Source: Nymphaea colorata (taxonomy: Eukaryota). From it: DNA of 64,000 nucleotides. Position 1 is the stretch's first letter; the number at the start of each line of letters is the position of its first letter. The position numbers and the translations under genes were made by a program. Shown here in pieces: positions 13,226-25,300 of the stretch. The notes beneath the pieces are model-generated. The model was not told where the DNA came from and searched no databases. It was given only the letters and a program-made list of their open reading frames with translations. The DNA lies in contig NC_045138.2 in NCBI RefSeq assembly GCF_008831285.2, positions 4,154,001-4,218,000 on the forward strand. The letters are read 5' to 3'.

Positions 13226-14092
13226 CTCGTATATGTGCCACTCTAAGACAAGATTTAATGTTGTTTTTAAGAATCTTCTTTTGCATTTTTATCATCGTGT
13301 CTCTATTGCATTGAAGAATATTTAAAACTTGTTCTTCACCAATATGGCCACCATTTTAGTGGAAGACATGGTATAGTGTACCTAAAACGTCCTGCTGGAG
13401 GTTGTGCTTCCTCCTTTTATTAAGGAAAAAATGAATGAACAAAGAATGAAGGAGAAAAAATTAACAAATCTTCCACAGGTTATCTATCCTTGATGGAAGA
13501 TAGGAAACAAACAGCAACATCTTTAGAAGGCTGGTCATTATATATTGTTAGAACAGGAAGAAACCTGCTGATAGCAGAAAACCCCCCTTGGGAGAGCTCT
13601 GTGACCTTCAAGGCAGCTATTGAGCCAACGATTCCGATTCTTGTGATTGGAGATGGCAAAAAATTCTGTGGGTGGTTGGTGGAGCTCTCTTCCACTCTGC
13701 ACAAAAGTTGATTTAAAGGAGTTGTATTTGAATCAAATCTGTTATCAAGGGGGTCATAAAACTAGACCCTGCAAACTTTTAGTAAAATAGTTTAAACAAA
13801 ATATAAGCATCCACATATCTTTTAAAAATATTTTAATGTAAAACATGCTTTAATTCAAGTTGTTTTTGTGAAAGAAGAGAAGTCGCACTATGAAAATGTT
13901 GACATTATATAAAGGGTTCACCCTTGCTTATTATAAAAGGACTATTAAACTCCAAGAAACAATGAACTTATTATATCTTTCAACCAACATTTTCTTAAGG
14001 TTATATCTGTAAGGTTAGATTGCATTAGATAAAAAAAAAATTAGTCGGTTCCATAAGCCGTCTAGTTTTTGTCCCTGATTTAAGGGCCTCAG

Positions 14093-14125
<33 letters not shown>

Positions 14126-14637
14126 AGACTTATTTTAACAAACAGGAATGATTTCTGTCTCCCACATATTTTAACTTATGTGCAAACGTCAAGTTACATA
14201 CAATGTGCAATTAAAAGGTATACAACTCTACAAACTTTTCATTATACAAGAAACATTTTTACTATACCAGAAACAACATCGAAAAGCTTGAAGCAATGTT
14301 ATTACATTTTTCTTTCGAAAGCTGACAAGCAATGCCAATACATTCAAATGAAGAGGAGGGAAAGAGAAATACGAACAGGCATTAGACAAAACAAGGAATG
14401 TGTTGTTCAAATTGGTGTTGTTGAACAGGCACTTCAGCAAAAGCTTCAAACAACACTGAAACGAGAAAGGATGGCCTCCAATGAAATTTGTCTTCTTTGA
14501 AGATGAACAAATTAAGTAGTTCCGTGAACCACAGAATCGGACGTCTTCGTTCCTGCATAAATTTCTACACCTAATTTACTAAATTGGCGTTCCACATTCA
14601 ACCTCCACATCTACTCATTCTAGAGAACAAGGATCCA

Positions 14638-15105
14638 TGATTATGCAACTGCTTTCCATCTATCCATGAGTTCAGCAAGAGTTCTATGAGAGTCTCCCGC
14701 CACGCCGATCGACGTCGGCCGGGCACGCTCCTTGACATGCTTGTCTCCCATCCACAGTCTCAGTTGCCTATCAATCTCCTCGCCCTTGATCAGCTCTCCT
14801 CCATTAGACCCTCTCCAACTCCTTTCCCAGAACTCCAGTCCATAAAAAACAGAGAATGCACAAAAACACAGCAGCAAGATTTACGTGGTTCGGCTTAGAT
14901 GCCTACATCCACGGTAGAAAGTGGAGAAGTTTTGTATTATTTTCACACATTGGTCGAGAGTACAGTTGCTCTTTAAATAAGATTACAATACAGCAGTTAG
15001 AGTGACAAGGAAGGCAAGTTGGAGTCTTTCTAAAAATTAAACTTCCTTAGATGACTCCAACCTTCTTCTCAAACGGTCCTTGATCTCCTCCAATCTTGCG
15101 TGACA
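14638..15105 (-). mobile_element. Ty1/copia solo LTR (468 bp)
   Basis: TG...CA ends with flanks ATCCA / GTCCA (4/5). It contains ttacgtggttcggct...gcctacatccacg, the reverse complement of the motif in the copia LTRs at 51686 and 56819, plus a TATA-like element on the minus strand near 14970. Confidence 0.75.
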
Positions 15106-15172
15106 GTCCACTCCTCTCAATGGGAGACATGAAACTCCCACCTTTATCATTTCTCATTCCAAAAATGGCAGC

Positions 15173-15358
15173 TCAGATACCAAATGCAACAAATGATAGG
15201 ATCTGAATGCACATTTCTCCCTCCAAGTTCAGATCACCACTTAATGATACCGATCTTGGCATTGGTCCAATGGATGGACTTCTTCTCACTCGCTGAGTTT
15301 CGATGACCATGGCCTCCATCAGTTCATTCACAACCTCTGTCATGGTAGGCAGGGACAA
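15173..15358 (-). pseudogene. Fragment resembling the C-terminus of a receptor-like kinase
   Basis: LPTMTEVVNELMEAMVIE resembles RPTMxEVVxELKEAxxIE (kinase subdomain XI). No other kinase motifs nearby. Confidence 0.4.
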
Positions 15359-15949
15359 AACCTACTTGAGCCAAATATGGCATTTAAAATAGTTCCTCAG
15401 CATCGTCCCTAGTAAAAACAAATAGTTCCCAATGAACCTGGCCCAAACCCCTTTTATCTCTTGAGCAATGTTCATATATCTGCCTTTAATCATACGCAAG
15501 TTTTGACAATCTAGAGGCTCCAAATGATTTGGTGAAAAGTCAGCAATTCTTTTGTAGCTGCAAGAAGACCGTCATCTCATTTCTCCAATCAACTCTCTTC
15601 AAGGACTTCTTCTTTGAAATTTTGTGGAGTTCATCTTCAACATATTAGCAGCCAGTTTTCAATTATGAGAACACGTGACGCAGATTCTTTCCTGTTCTTG
15701 CAGACGAAGAACCGATTGGCACTATATAAAAAAAAAAGACATTCACTGACTCCTGGGAAAAAAAGCACGTCGCTAAAAGGCTATTTTTACCCACGTCCGG
15801 CTTTAAATGTGGATGAAAGCAGCCTTCACCAACACTTGACGCTAAGATGTTGTTGAAGTTGAGCTTTTACAGACGTTCAATTCTAAAACGTCGATAAATA
15901 TGTCACTTTTATCAACGTCACAGAACAAGACATCGGTGAAAAGTAGCAT

Positions 15950-16120
15950 TCCCCATGGCCAGCGCAACTCCTCTCCTTTGCAAACGATCAAGGGTGGGAA
16001 GTCTATTGTGTTCAGAAACATAGACAAACCACCTTGATCTAGGATGACATTCCTTCCACGAGATAATTTCTCTCGAATCACTAGGCATAGTGGTGCAATC
16101 TAAAATCTTATACAAATATG
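15950..16120 (-). mobile_element. LINE zf-RVT fragment
   Basis: SWKECHPRSRWFVYVSEHNRLPTLDRLQRRGVALA fits the L1 zf-RVT pattern W...P.R...F.W....NRLPT.DRL..RG. Confidence 0.6.
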
Positions 16121-16189
16121 CAAATTTAAGATTGGTAGCATCATTACGGTTAACCAAGAGAGCATCAGGTTTGTTTGCTAGCATTTGTT

Positions 16190-16310
16190 TATGAGCCTGG
16201 GCGTCGGGCCCAGCCGGCCCGGCCCAGCCCAGGCCTGGGCCGGGAAATACCTAGCCTGGGCCAGGCCGAGACCCGGGCTATCGGGCTGGATTGGGCTGGG
16301 CCCACCCTTA
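16190..16310. mobile_element. Short GC-rich GGCCC/GGGCC-repeat element (hAT-derived MITE-like)
   Basis: Dense self-complementary gcccag/ctgggc repeats in an AT-rich background. Confidence 0.5.
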
Positions 16311-16577
16311 GTTTGAACTCATCTTCAAGAGAAGACATTGTATAGAGTACACTTTGTCTTACATGGTGTTCTGTTCCATGCAATCAAAACACACACCTAA
16401 AGTTGAGACAAAAGAGTCTCAAGACAACCAATCTTGCTATAATGAATCATCTCTCCCTCTCAAGCATGCCGAACTTGTTTAAATAAGACACCAACCTCAT
16501 TTATCTTAACAACACATTGAAAAACATGAAACAAGATATGGTGTTTTTATAAATCTATCTCATAGATGTGTTCCTAA

Positions 16578-16790
16578 GGGTGTGTTTGATAGCCTTGGAT
16601 TTGAAATCCGAGATGATTGGAGGTCATTGTGAATCTCAAATACAAGGATTTGAGGTCAAACCATCTCCCATCTGCCCTCAAATATGAAGTTCTATACATA
16701 AACTGAGGATCTCAAAGTCTATTTTTCATATGATGGTAAAATCCGGTGGGTCCCATACAGATCTAAAATCCAAGGCTATCAAGCACACCC
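16578..16790. mobile_element. Tourist/PIF-Harbinger MITE with TAA TSD
   Basis: TIRs gggtgtgtttgatagccttggatt / aatccaaggctatcaagcacaccc. TAA on both sides (16575-77 and 16791-93). Confidence 0.88.
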
Positions 16791-17628
16791 TAAGAGTTTT
16801 CATGAGGGACCTTTCATCACACTTTTTTCATTACTTAAACACACCATGAAGGTGAATGTGGAAAAGTTCAAATTTTTAGTTTGATTAAAAGTTTAACCTT
16901 AAGCTTTTATTATAATGTTTCACTAAAAGAATGACTATAAATAATTTCCCAATTTAAAGGAGTTGCAGAGAACAATGTTGGAAACAATCTCCTAAATAAA
17001 AGAAACTATAGAAACTAAACAGTAATTGCATATATTCAGCCTAATTGTCGCCGTGTGTTTAGCTTTGTCCTCCTTTGTGATGAACTAAAGCAAACTATCA
17101 ATCAAGTGCTAAATTCGTCGACTAGCACTGGAGTTAATTTACAGTCAAGTCATTATAAAAGAAATCAAAGTATCTCATTCAATTCCCAAACTTATGATTC
17201 AACATGGGATATCATAAATGTTCCTTAAGCAAAGTGCAACAAAAGTCCAACTAGGGTTTGACTCAAAGTCATTTGATTAAACTTGGCTTGAGCTCGGCTC
17301 GTAAGTTAAACGAGTCGACTTCAAGCTGAACTGATAACTCGAGTTTGTAAATGAGCCGAGTTCGAGTAAATGGCTTAAATAAAAATGTAGAAATTTTAAG
17401 CACAAAATATATATTAAGGGGCATAAGCTTAAAGCAAGTTGAGCTTGAGTTCGGACTCGATTAATTGAGTCGAGTTCAAGTTCACCTCATAAAGCTTGAG
17501 CTCCAGCTGAGCTATATGTGATTCGAGTTGAGTTCGAGCTGGCCAAGCTCGAGCTCGACTCGCTCATTGTACATCCTTATTCACGGGGTGTCACATGCAT
17601 ATGTCTGCATCTCTTGAGCGTAGAGTAT

Positions 17629-17885
17629 GCTTGTGTTTGATAAACTGGGATCTCAGATCCAAGGCTAATTTGTGATCCGCTTCATGTAGGGCATAGAGTA
17701 AACAAACACTATATATATATGTGTGTGTGTGTGTGTGTTTGACTCTTACGTAAAAATGAGGATTTGGGATCCTTAGTTTGTGGCTAAAACCTCAAATATG
17801 AGGTTGGATTTTGGGGGGGAGGGGCTCGAATCTAAGGTCCCCTCATATAAAAGCGGATCTCTGATCCATTTTTAACAAACACCCC
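17629..17885. mobile_element. Tourist-like MITE
   Basis: Imperfect TIRs tgtgtttgataaactgggatctcagatcc / ggatctctgatccatttttaacaaacacccc, followed by TAA. Confidence 0.65.
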
Positions 17886-18647
17886 TAAGAGAATAGTATC
17901 GTTCTTGCAATACTGATCAAACCGGATTCATAGTCATGCAGGCTTGAGCCCGATTTGGTTACCAATGTTGTTAGAATCGGACGACTCGAATCAAATCACT
18001 GGCAAGACAATTAGATTGAATGGCCAATACAAGAGTGCGACATTTCAGCTTTTAATTATTTTCTTAAGACTCTGAGATTTTAACTTTCATATATTAAATC
18101 CAACCTTCAATTAAAAAAAATTAATAATCAGGACTCAGATATTAAGGTTATCTTTGTTTGGTAATTCGAACGCAGAATTCTTTCGACTCAATATTTCTGA
18201 AATATGAATGTATAACTTATTATACCAGAGTAAACTATTTAAACTATAATATGTATCTAGTAATCAAACCTCCCTTTTTTTTCTTTTTTCCATAAATGAT
18301 TTTTACTATTATTGGGTGATTCAGAACTCATTCAACTCAACCAATCGGTGAACTGATTTTACAGCATTGGTATCATTTAAATCATCCATTCTAGATAGAT
18401 CGAGATCGAGATCGAGAGAGGTTGAGATAATCTCAGATTCTCAACTCAATCTGGAAGCCTAATTAGGATACCCAGTTAATCTAACCCGATCCAATCCACA
18501 TCCATTTATGTTCCAAATTGTGCCTCGTAAGTCATAAGGAGCCAGTGGCTGTTGTCATCATCTGCATTCCAACTTCCAAGTCATTGATGACTTTTCAAAG
18601 TCTTTTAACCACTCCTGGCGCTTTCAACTTGGACTTGGACCCAAGGT

Positions 18648-18649
<2 letters not shown>

Positions 18650-18727
<78 letters not shown>
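18650..18727. repeat. Compound (AT)n(AG)n microsatellite
   Basis: Seen directly. Confidence 0.95.
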
Positions 18728-18731
<4 letters not shown>

Positions 18732-19090
18732 AGCTGGTAGATTCCAGACGGTCTCATAGATGAAAACCATACCGTTTAATTTCTTGCTAAAAACTGTTTT
18801 AAACAAACTAAAGACATCCTAATATGTTTACAAAGACTAATTCGATTCCAAGCATACTTTAGTTCAAGTCATTTTTATGAATGATGATGAGCCATTCAAT
18901 TTTACTAATTATAAAATAATTAAAAATACAATTAAACTTGAAAAATGATTAACATAATATATGTTTTTCATTAATTTATTCTTAAGATCATATATGTAAG
19001 CCTAGATCATAAAAAATACACCATAATCATTCCATTTAAGCAGTTTGGTTTTTGTACATGACCTAGTGGTATGGGACCTATCAATTACCA
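18728..19090. mobile_element. TIR element inserted in microsatellite
   Basis: Imperfect inverted ends ggtaagctggtagattccagac / gtatgggacctatcaattacc, flanked by (AG)n on the left and (TA)n on the right. Confidence 0.55.
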
Positions 19091-19265
19091 TATATATATT
19101 TAGGGAAGGGGTTCTTCACTCACATTTGGGAAAATAGGGTTTATGCTTATATTTTTGAAAATGTTCAACTTGGCATATGCAAAAATTTTGAAAAAATTGT
19201 TTGGCCCCTGTACAAATTTTAAAAATACTTTTCGCCCTTCTTTAAAAAGAAATTTATAGGTCAGC

Positions 19266-19267
<2 letters not shown>

Positions 19268-19350
<83 letters not shown>
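19268..19350. repeat. Compound (AT)n(AG)n microsatellite
   Basis: Seen directly. Confidence 0.95.
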
Positions 19351-19355
<5 letters not shown>

Positions 19356-20699
19356 AGGTTGAATTGTTTGCAGTAACATTCTACCTAAAGAATAAACAAA
19401 CATGGAAAGAAGAAAGCCACAGCCTTCTGTGCTGAATTTGGGAAATGAAAATGAATGACATCCACAAATTCCAGAATGACGGTTCCATATTGGCATATTC
19501 AACAATTCTGTCCCTGTCGATTGATATCACAGGCATCAGAAAAAGCAGATAAAGGAGTCTCATGACTGCCGACTTATTCAAGTTCAAACCAAAGCTGTAC
19601 ATATTCCGTGTGGACCACCACTGCTTGCTGTTCTCTGTTTTTTTTTTAGGTAGTGCGTGGGCTTAGGTTAATAAAATAAATGCAAAAAATGTGAAAAAAA
19701 AAAATTGAGTCAACTAATGCCAAACCGCCAACATAAGATATGTACGAGTGTGCACGCACCCACCCACATGTACACACCTAATTTTAGGTTCTAATTTTTT
19801 TTTCTTCAATAAAGTAAGAGTCATTTGGTAAAGAAAACAATATATAACTATTACATGAATATAACCCAAAAATTGGAACAGATTCGATATAAATGTTGAA
19901 TAAATTTACCCCAACTTTTGAAATAGACTCCAAGTGCATTTTGTGACATCAATATTCATAAGCCAGTTTTTTTGTCTTTTATATAATAAATAAAGACGGG
20001 AAGATTATAGTAAGAAAAAATTTTCATTTACACAACAAGATCAAAAAGAGACTTACTCGTAATTATTTTTTTTCACACATTTTTTCATGAAATTATCGTG
20101 CGAAGCCCAAAATGGATTTGCATTAATTTCAAACATGGATAATGTTAGCTGTAATTTTGTTTAAGAAATTCCTTTTTAAGAAATTTATTGACAAAAATAG
20201 ACAAAAAATGCTCTTATAATTATCTACCTAAAAAAAAGTAAAGTTGGGATCCGAAACAATTTAATGGATGAGTCATAGATCCAGATCCAATCTACCTTAC
20301 TTAAAAAAGCAACAATATCCTTCATAATGGATCCAACCCATTTGCACTATACAAGAGTTGCTGCACTAGTCTTGTGTTATCTTAACCAAAGAAACATACT
20401 TAATTAGGGAAAATATCTTCATTGAGAGACAACAGGTTTCCGGGTCTCAATTTCGATCCAAACAAACCAAGCATAGCCCGAACTTCGTTCAAGCTCGGCG
20501 AGTCGAATTGGGTCGAGTCGCAACTATCCTCACCGAGCTGTCGCTTAACTAAGCTCGGTCTGATAAAGTAGGCTGAGTTGACCGTGCTAAGACGTGACTC
20601 GACCCAGTGGGCCAAACGAACTGGACCCAGACCTGGGTTTGATCCAACCAAGTTAATGATTTGCTCTCCCTCTTTAATAACTAAAATGGGGCAGGTTAG

Positions 20700-20924
20700 T
20701 CATTATTGTGAAAGCGAGGGATGAAGGAGGCTGCCCGTTCTGCAAGCAAAGGCGAAAAACACGATTAGATTTTCGGAACGGTCCTTGATTCGAAAAAAAA
20801 ATTCTCGCCCGGGCGCCGACGCGGCGAGGAAGAAATCGACACGAGGTGGCGACCGAGCGTTGAACGCCTCCTCTCCTCTTCGTCGTCGAGATTGTTCGTT
20901 GGCCATTTGGTGGTGTTTCTGCAG
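20700..20924 (+). promoter_or_regulatory. GC-rich promoter and non-coding first exon of the TOM1-like gene; 5'UTR intron 20925-22293
   Basis: CpG-rich island, donor CAG|GTACTC at 20924/20925, and acceptor TGCAG at 22293, 30 nt before the ATG. Confidence 0.6.
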
Positions 20925-21657
20925 GTACTCCGTCAATCATTTAATTTTTCTGGGCCCTTTCCTTTTGAAGTTTTTGATCCTTTGTGTGGGAAAATCAGTG
21001 TGCCGATCATGCCGGTCGTCTCGACAGAAGGGGGTCTCGGATTCACGGGATTTCTGTCTCAATTGGTATTCAGTGTTTCTTGATGAATTTCTAGGCCTAG
21101 AAGATGGACGAGAAAGGACAAAAAACACAAATTGGTGATGGTTTTTATTGTTGTTTAGGATAAAGCCTTCGTCCATTTTCGTGGTAGTTCCTAATGTTGG
21201 TGTTGTCTTCCTTAATTGTGAAATTTTGCTTTCATGCACGAGCTCCTGAATGTGTTATTGCTGATTGATTGTCGTATTGATGGCTCCTTTTGATCATTCT
21301 TCTTGATTGGTTTGTTGGAGCGGTTTCATTCTCATGCTAGTAAGCTCATTTGACCTCTCTATTAATGTTGATTCGTATGCACGTATATTTCGTTTGTTTC
21401 CTCTTGAGCTTAAGAAAAATGGATTAAGAACTTAAAGTTAAAACCCTATCACGCTGGTGGAGATTTTGTGTATTTAGTTGCTTGCTCCATCGCAAACTTG
21501 TGCCATTTTGTTCGCATCAGGAGAATCACATGTTTAGTTTGATCCGCTAAATATTCTCTGCTGAATTGCTCTTGGGGTTGAATTTGGGTTTGTGCTCTAA
21601 AGCCATTGTGCTCTCATGGTCATCAATCTGTATCTGGTTGACTATGAGTAGCCTTGG

Positions 21658-21857
21658 CTAAGTCACAAGGGGCCCACCCGCACCTGCATCAGTGTGGGTG
21701 CGGCCTGACACGGCATCAAATGAGTTTTGGCCATTCTGAAAAATGTTTTGACCGAGTTTTCATTGATATATTGATTCAAGGTAACCTTGATAAAAAAAAG
21801 TTAAAAACATAGACAAATAAAATTACTTATATAACAAATAGCATGTGTGTGTGTGTG

Positions 21858-21908
<51 letters not shown>

Positions 21909-21989
21909 TATGCTCTCGCTGCACCCGCACCAAATTTTTTTTGGAACTTGCCGCATCCCGCACTCGCACCCTGCACCCGTGTGACATAG
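21658..21989. mobile_element. Non-autonomous TIR element (CTA(A/T)GTCAC...GTGACATAG)
   Basis: Inverted relative of 2631-3007, with gcacccgcac repeats. Confidence 0.7.
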
Positions 21990-22322
21990 CTCGGTGGGGG
22001 CTGTTGGGTGATTAATTTAAGAGTCAATTCGATGAGTACCTTAAAATACGAACTAATCATATAGTTAGCAATAATAAGAGTGCTCCCTGTTATCCTTGGT
22101 TTTTTTATTACTGATCTCCTGTTCGTGTTGGTTCACCTCTTCATTAGCAAACTCATGGATTAAGTTTACAAGTTTCTGATGTTGCCTTGCTCTATTCATC
22201 TTTCACATGAATATGCTACAAGAATTATTACGTGTTCCAATCCAAATTTTCATTGACTGAGATGCACATTTTCTTTTTGCAACTATGGTGCAGTTGTGAG
22301 ACATTGATTGGTTGGTGGAAGT

Positions 22323-25300
22323 ATGTCGACTATTGCGCCATTCATTGAAAGGGCAACAAGTGACATGCTGATTGGTCCTGACTGGGCAATAAACATTGAG
22401 ATATGTGATATAATCAATGCAGATCAAGGGTATCAACTCTAACACCTCTATATTCCTTCAATGTTCTGGACCTTTTATAATATGCTATTCAATTAGCTTA
22501 CTAGATATCTATGTGAATGCTAGTTGATCTTTTTGGTTGTTCATCATATTTCTTTAGAAGAAACTGGAAGTGCTTGCTCGATTCACGTTTAAGTAACAGT
22601 AATGTAGCTTGTTGTTGTGCCTGAACTCTAAACATTTTATGCTCGATACCATGGTAAATATAAAGTTAGACGCATATATGGAAGCAAGTAAATATTTTAC
22701 TTGTTGCGATTTAGTCTAATAGGTGAATAGACATATTTTCCATGGACATTCCTTGTCAAATCTATTCCTTGTTGTAATTAATTGTTGACGGTCTTGCTTG
22801 ATGTGAGTGGACTTTAATGGATTTTTTTCCTTCTTATTTTTGTTGCAGAGTTGTTTAATTAAAATTTCATAATTCTTAATTTGGTTGTGATTCCATCAAG
22901 ATGAATAAGGTATAGGCCTACCACATGGGTAGAATTCTATTTCTACCTCATATCATTTTTGTTCTCCATGGTGAATAAGAAGAAGAAAGGCAAATGAGAG
23001 AATGAAGTAATGAGCAGTCCAGCAAGATCAAGATGCATAATTCCTTGTTGATGAACCTTGTGCCACCAAAAAGCAATTGAATATACTGTGATCACTTAAG
23101 TTCTTTAAAGAGCTCAAGTAAATCTTTTCAGCTCCAATCTATGTGAGTTAAATTATATTTTTTTTCCACATAAAACTGACCCAAATGGCCCATATGATAA
23201 ATCTTAACCTACCTCATAACTGTTTTTGTCTCATATGAAGAAAGGGCTGCAAATGAGGGCAAATAGTAATATGAAATATGGGCATACAAATCCTTGAATA
23301 TTTTTTCTCAATCTTTCATATAAACTATTTTCATGTCCTATGTACATGAGTTATTATGACTGCTGACTGCCCTTAAGGAGTACACACATCCTCACTTTTT
23401 GGACTCTATGTTCAACAGTACAAGTATAGTACGTACTTTGATATCAACTGTAACTATTTGGGTCAGACTGAACAAGTGCCTTGTCTGATTGATTTCAGTC
23501 TGCTCCCTATCCAACTTCATTTCATACATCAACTTTTGACAATTGATAGTATAACACAAGTGTATAAAAGTTTTTCGGAATCTTCAATATATGACTATTT
23601 TTAAGTCCTTCCGTAGGATGTTATACAAATGTATGGTGGAAAGCTCCAGATAAGAGCACAAAAGTGAGATACATGCATAAAAAAGGGAGAAGAGAATGGG
23701 CTACAAAAGCTTCTAGATGATGTGCTCAAAGCACTAATAAGGAATCATGATAATACTATTTCATTGCTCAATTATGTGCAAGAGAAGCATAAATTATGAT
23801 GAAGACAATAACTAGCTCTTGTCCAGTGCACTATTAGTACAAAGCTAGCTGTTGGGAACTGGCTAATATCTATCTCTTGCCCATCTACATATCACCAAAA
23901 TCCTAAAGCCGAAAAGGAAACTATGGAAAGGAACAGTAAACTAAGAATGAAAGTTCAACATAATATTAAACAGAGGAAGAAAGAAGAAGAACAATTCAAT
24001 TGATGAAGAAGGAGATTACAAGAGGAGATGATTACAAACGACAAAAGGACTACATTGCATTGCTCAATTGGGGAAGCTCTAAACCTATTTATAGTTGCTA
24101 AGTAGGTGAGAGTTTATATTAATGTAGGTTGGTGGTTACACTAATCATGGTGGTTGGGAGTAGTGATTCTGGACTTCTCTGAGAGCATGTGAAATATCTG
24201 ATTGAGTTAAATACCATAGCTTACATGGTGCTTGCAACAACACTAGCATAAGGAATATGCGACATATACTGCTTTTCATGACTAGTTTGTGGAGAGGCTT
24301 CAGTAGACAACTTTCTGAGCCGAGCATCTAAAGGCAAGGAGATTGGAGAAGCCTTCAACATTCCAAAGAGATGCAAGACTTTCTTGATATATGCTTCCTG
24401 GCTGAGATATACATATTTCCATTCCTAGTATCTTCTTTGCTGCTCCTAGGTCTTTCACCTTGAATTCTTTGCTAAGCAGCTGCTTTAGTTTATCAATTTC
24501 AAACCTTTCCTTGGTAGCTGTAAGCATGTACAACAACAAATAGATCAAGGAGCTATTAGGTAATATATTAAAGTAAAAACAAGAACCATAGTTGCTTCTT
24601 ACGAAGTTGTGGCTAAACATGAAGGAGTCGAATCTCTGGTACCATTGACTTGGAGACTGCTTCAGCCCGTATAGTGGTTTCTTCGGTAGGCATACATAAT
24701 CTTCTTTCTTTTTCGTGACAAAACCTTCAGGCTGTTGCATGTAGATTTGCTTGTCTAGGTCTCCATGCAGAAAAGCCGTCTAACATCTAGTTGCTCTAAT
24801 TCCAAGTCAAGTTTTTCTACTACAACCAAAAGTAAACGAATAGAGGTATGTTTAACGGCAAGAGAGAAGATGTTATTATAGTCAATGCCTTCTATTTGAT
24901 TGTAGCTTTTAGCAACTAGACGTGCTTTATATTTAATCTATTTGTTGTCAGTCTCTTTCTTTTTGAAGACCCACTTGCAGTAGTCTTATACTCTTTATCT
25001 TTTATTTCGGTCAAGGCACTAAGACCCATGGTTTGTTCTTGTGAAGAGATTGTAACCTCTTCATGCATAACCTGCACCCATTTGTCAGAATCTGGACTTG
25101 AAATGGACATACTTATGTTCATTTCCCTCATCTGTCTCCTTTGTAGCTAACAGAGTACAAGCAAGGCCACATTCAAAATATCTTGATAATAATTGAATTG
25201 TTCTCCTTTGTCTATCTCTGGTGATAGAATATGGTTCTTCTTCTGGAATAAATTCTACTTGATCATCATCTCTAGATCAAGGACTTGGCTTATCATCTAG

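Noticed and set aside
20674..21239. Several 60-117 aa ORFs
   Set aside because: By-products of the GC-rich TOL promoter/5'UTR, with no protein motifs.
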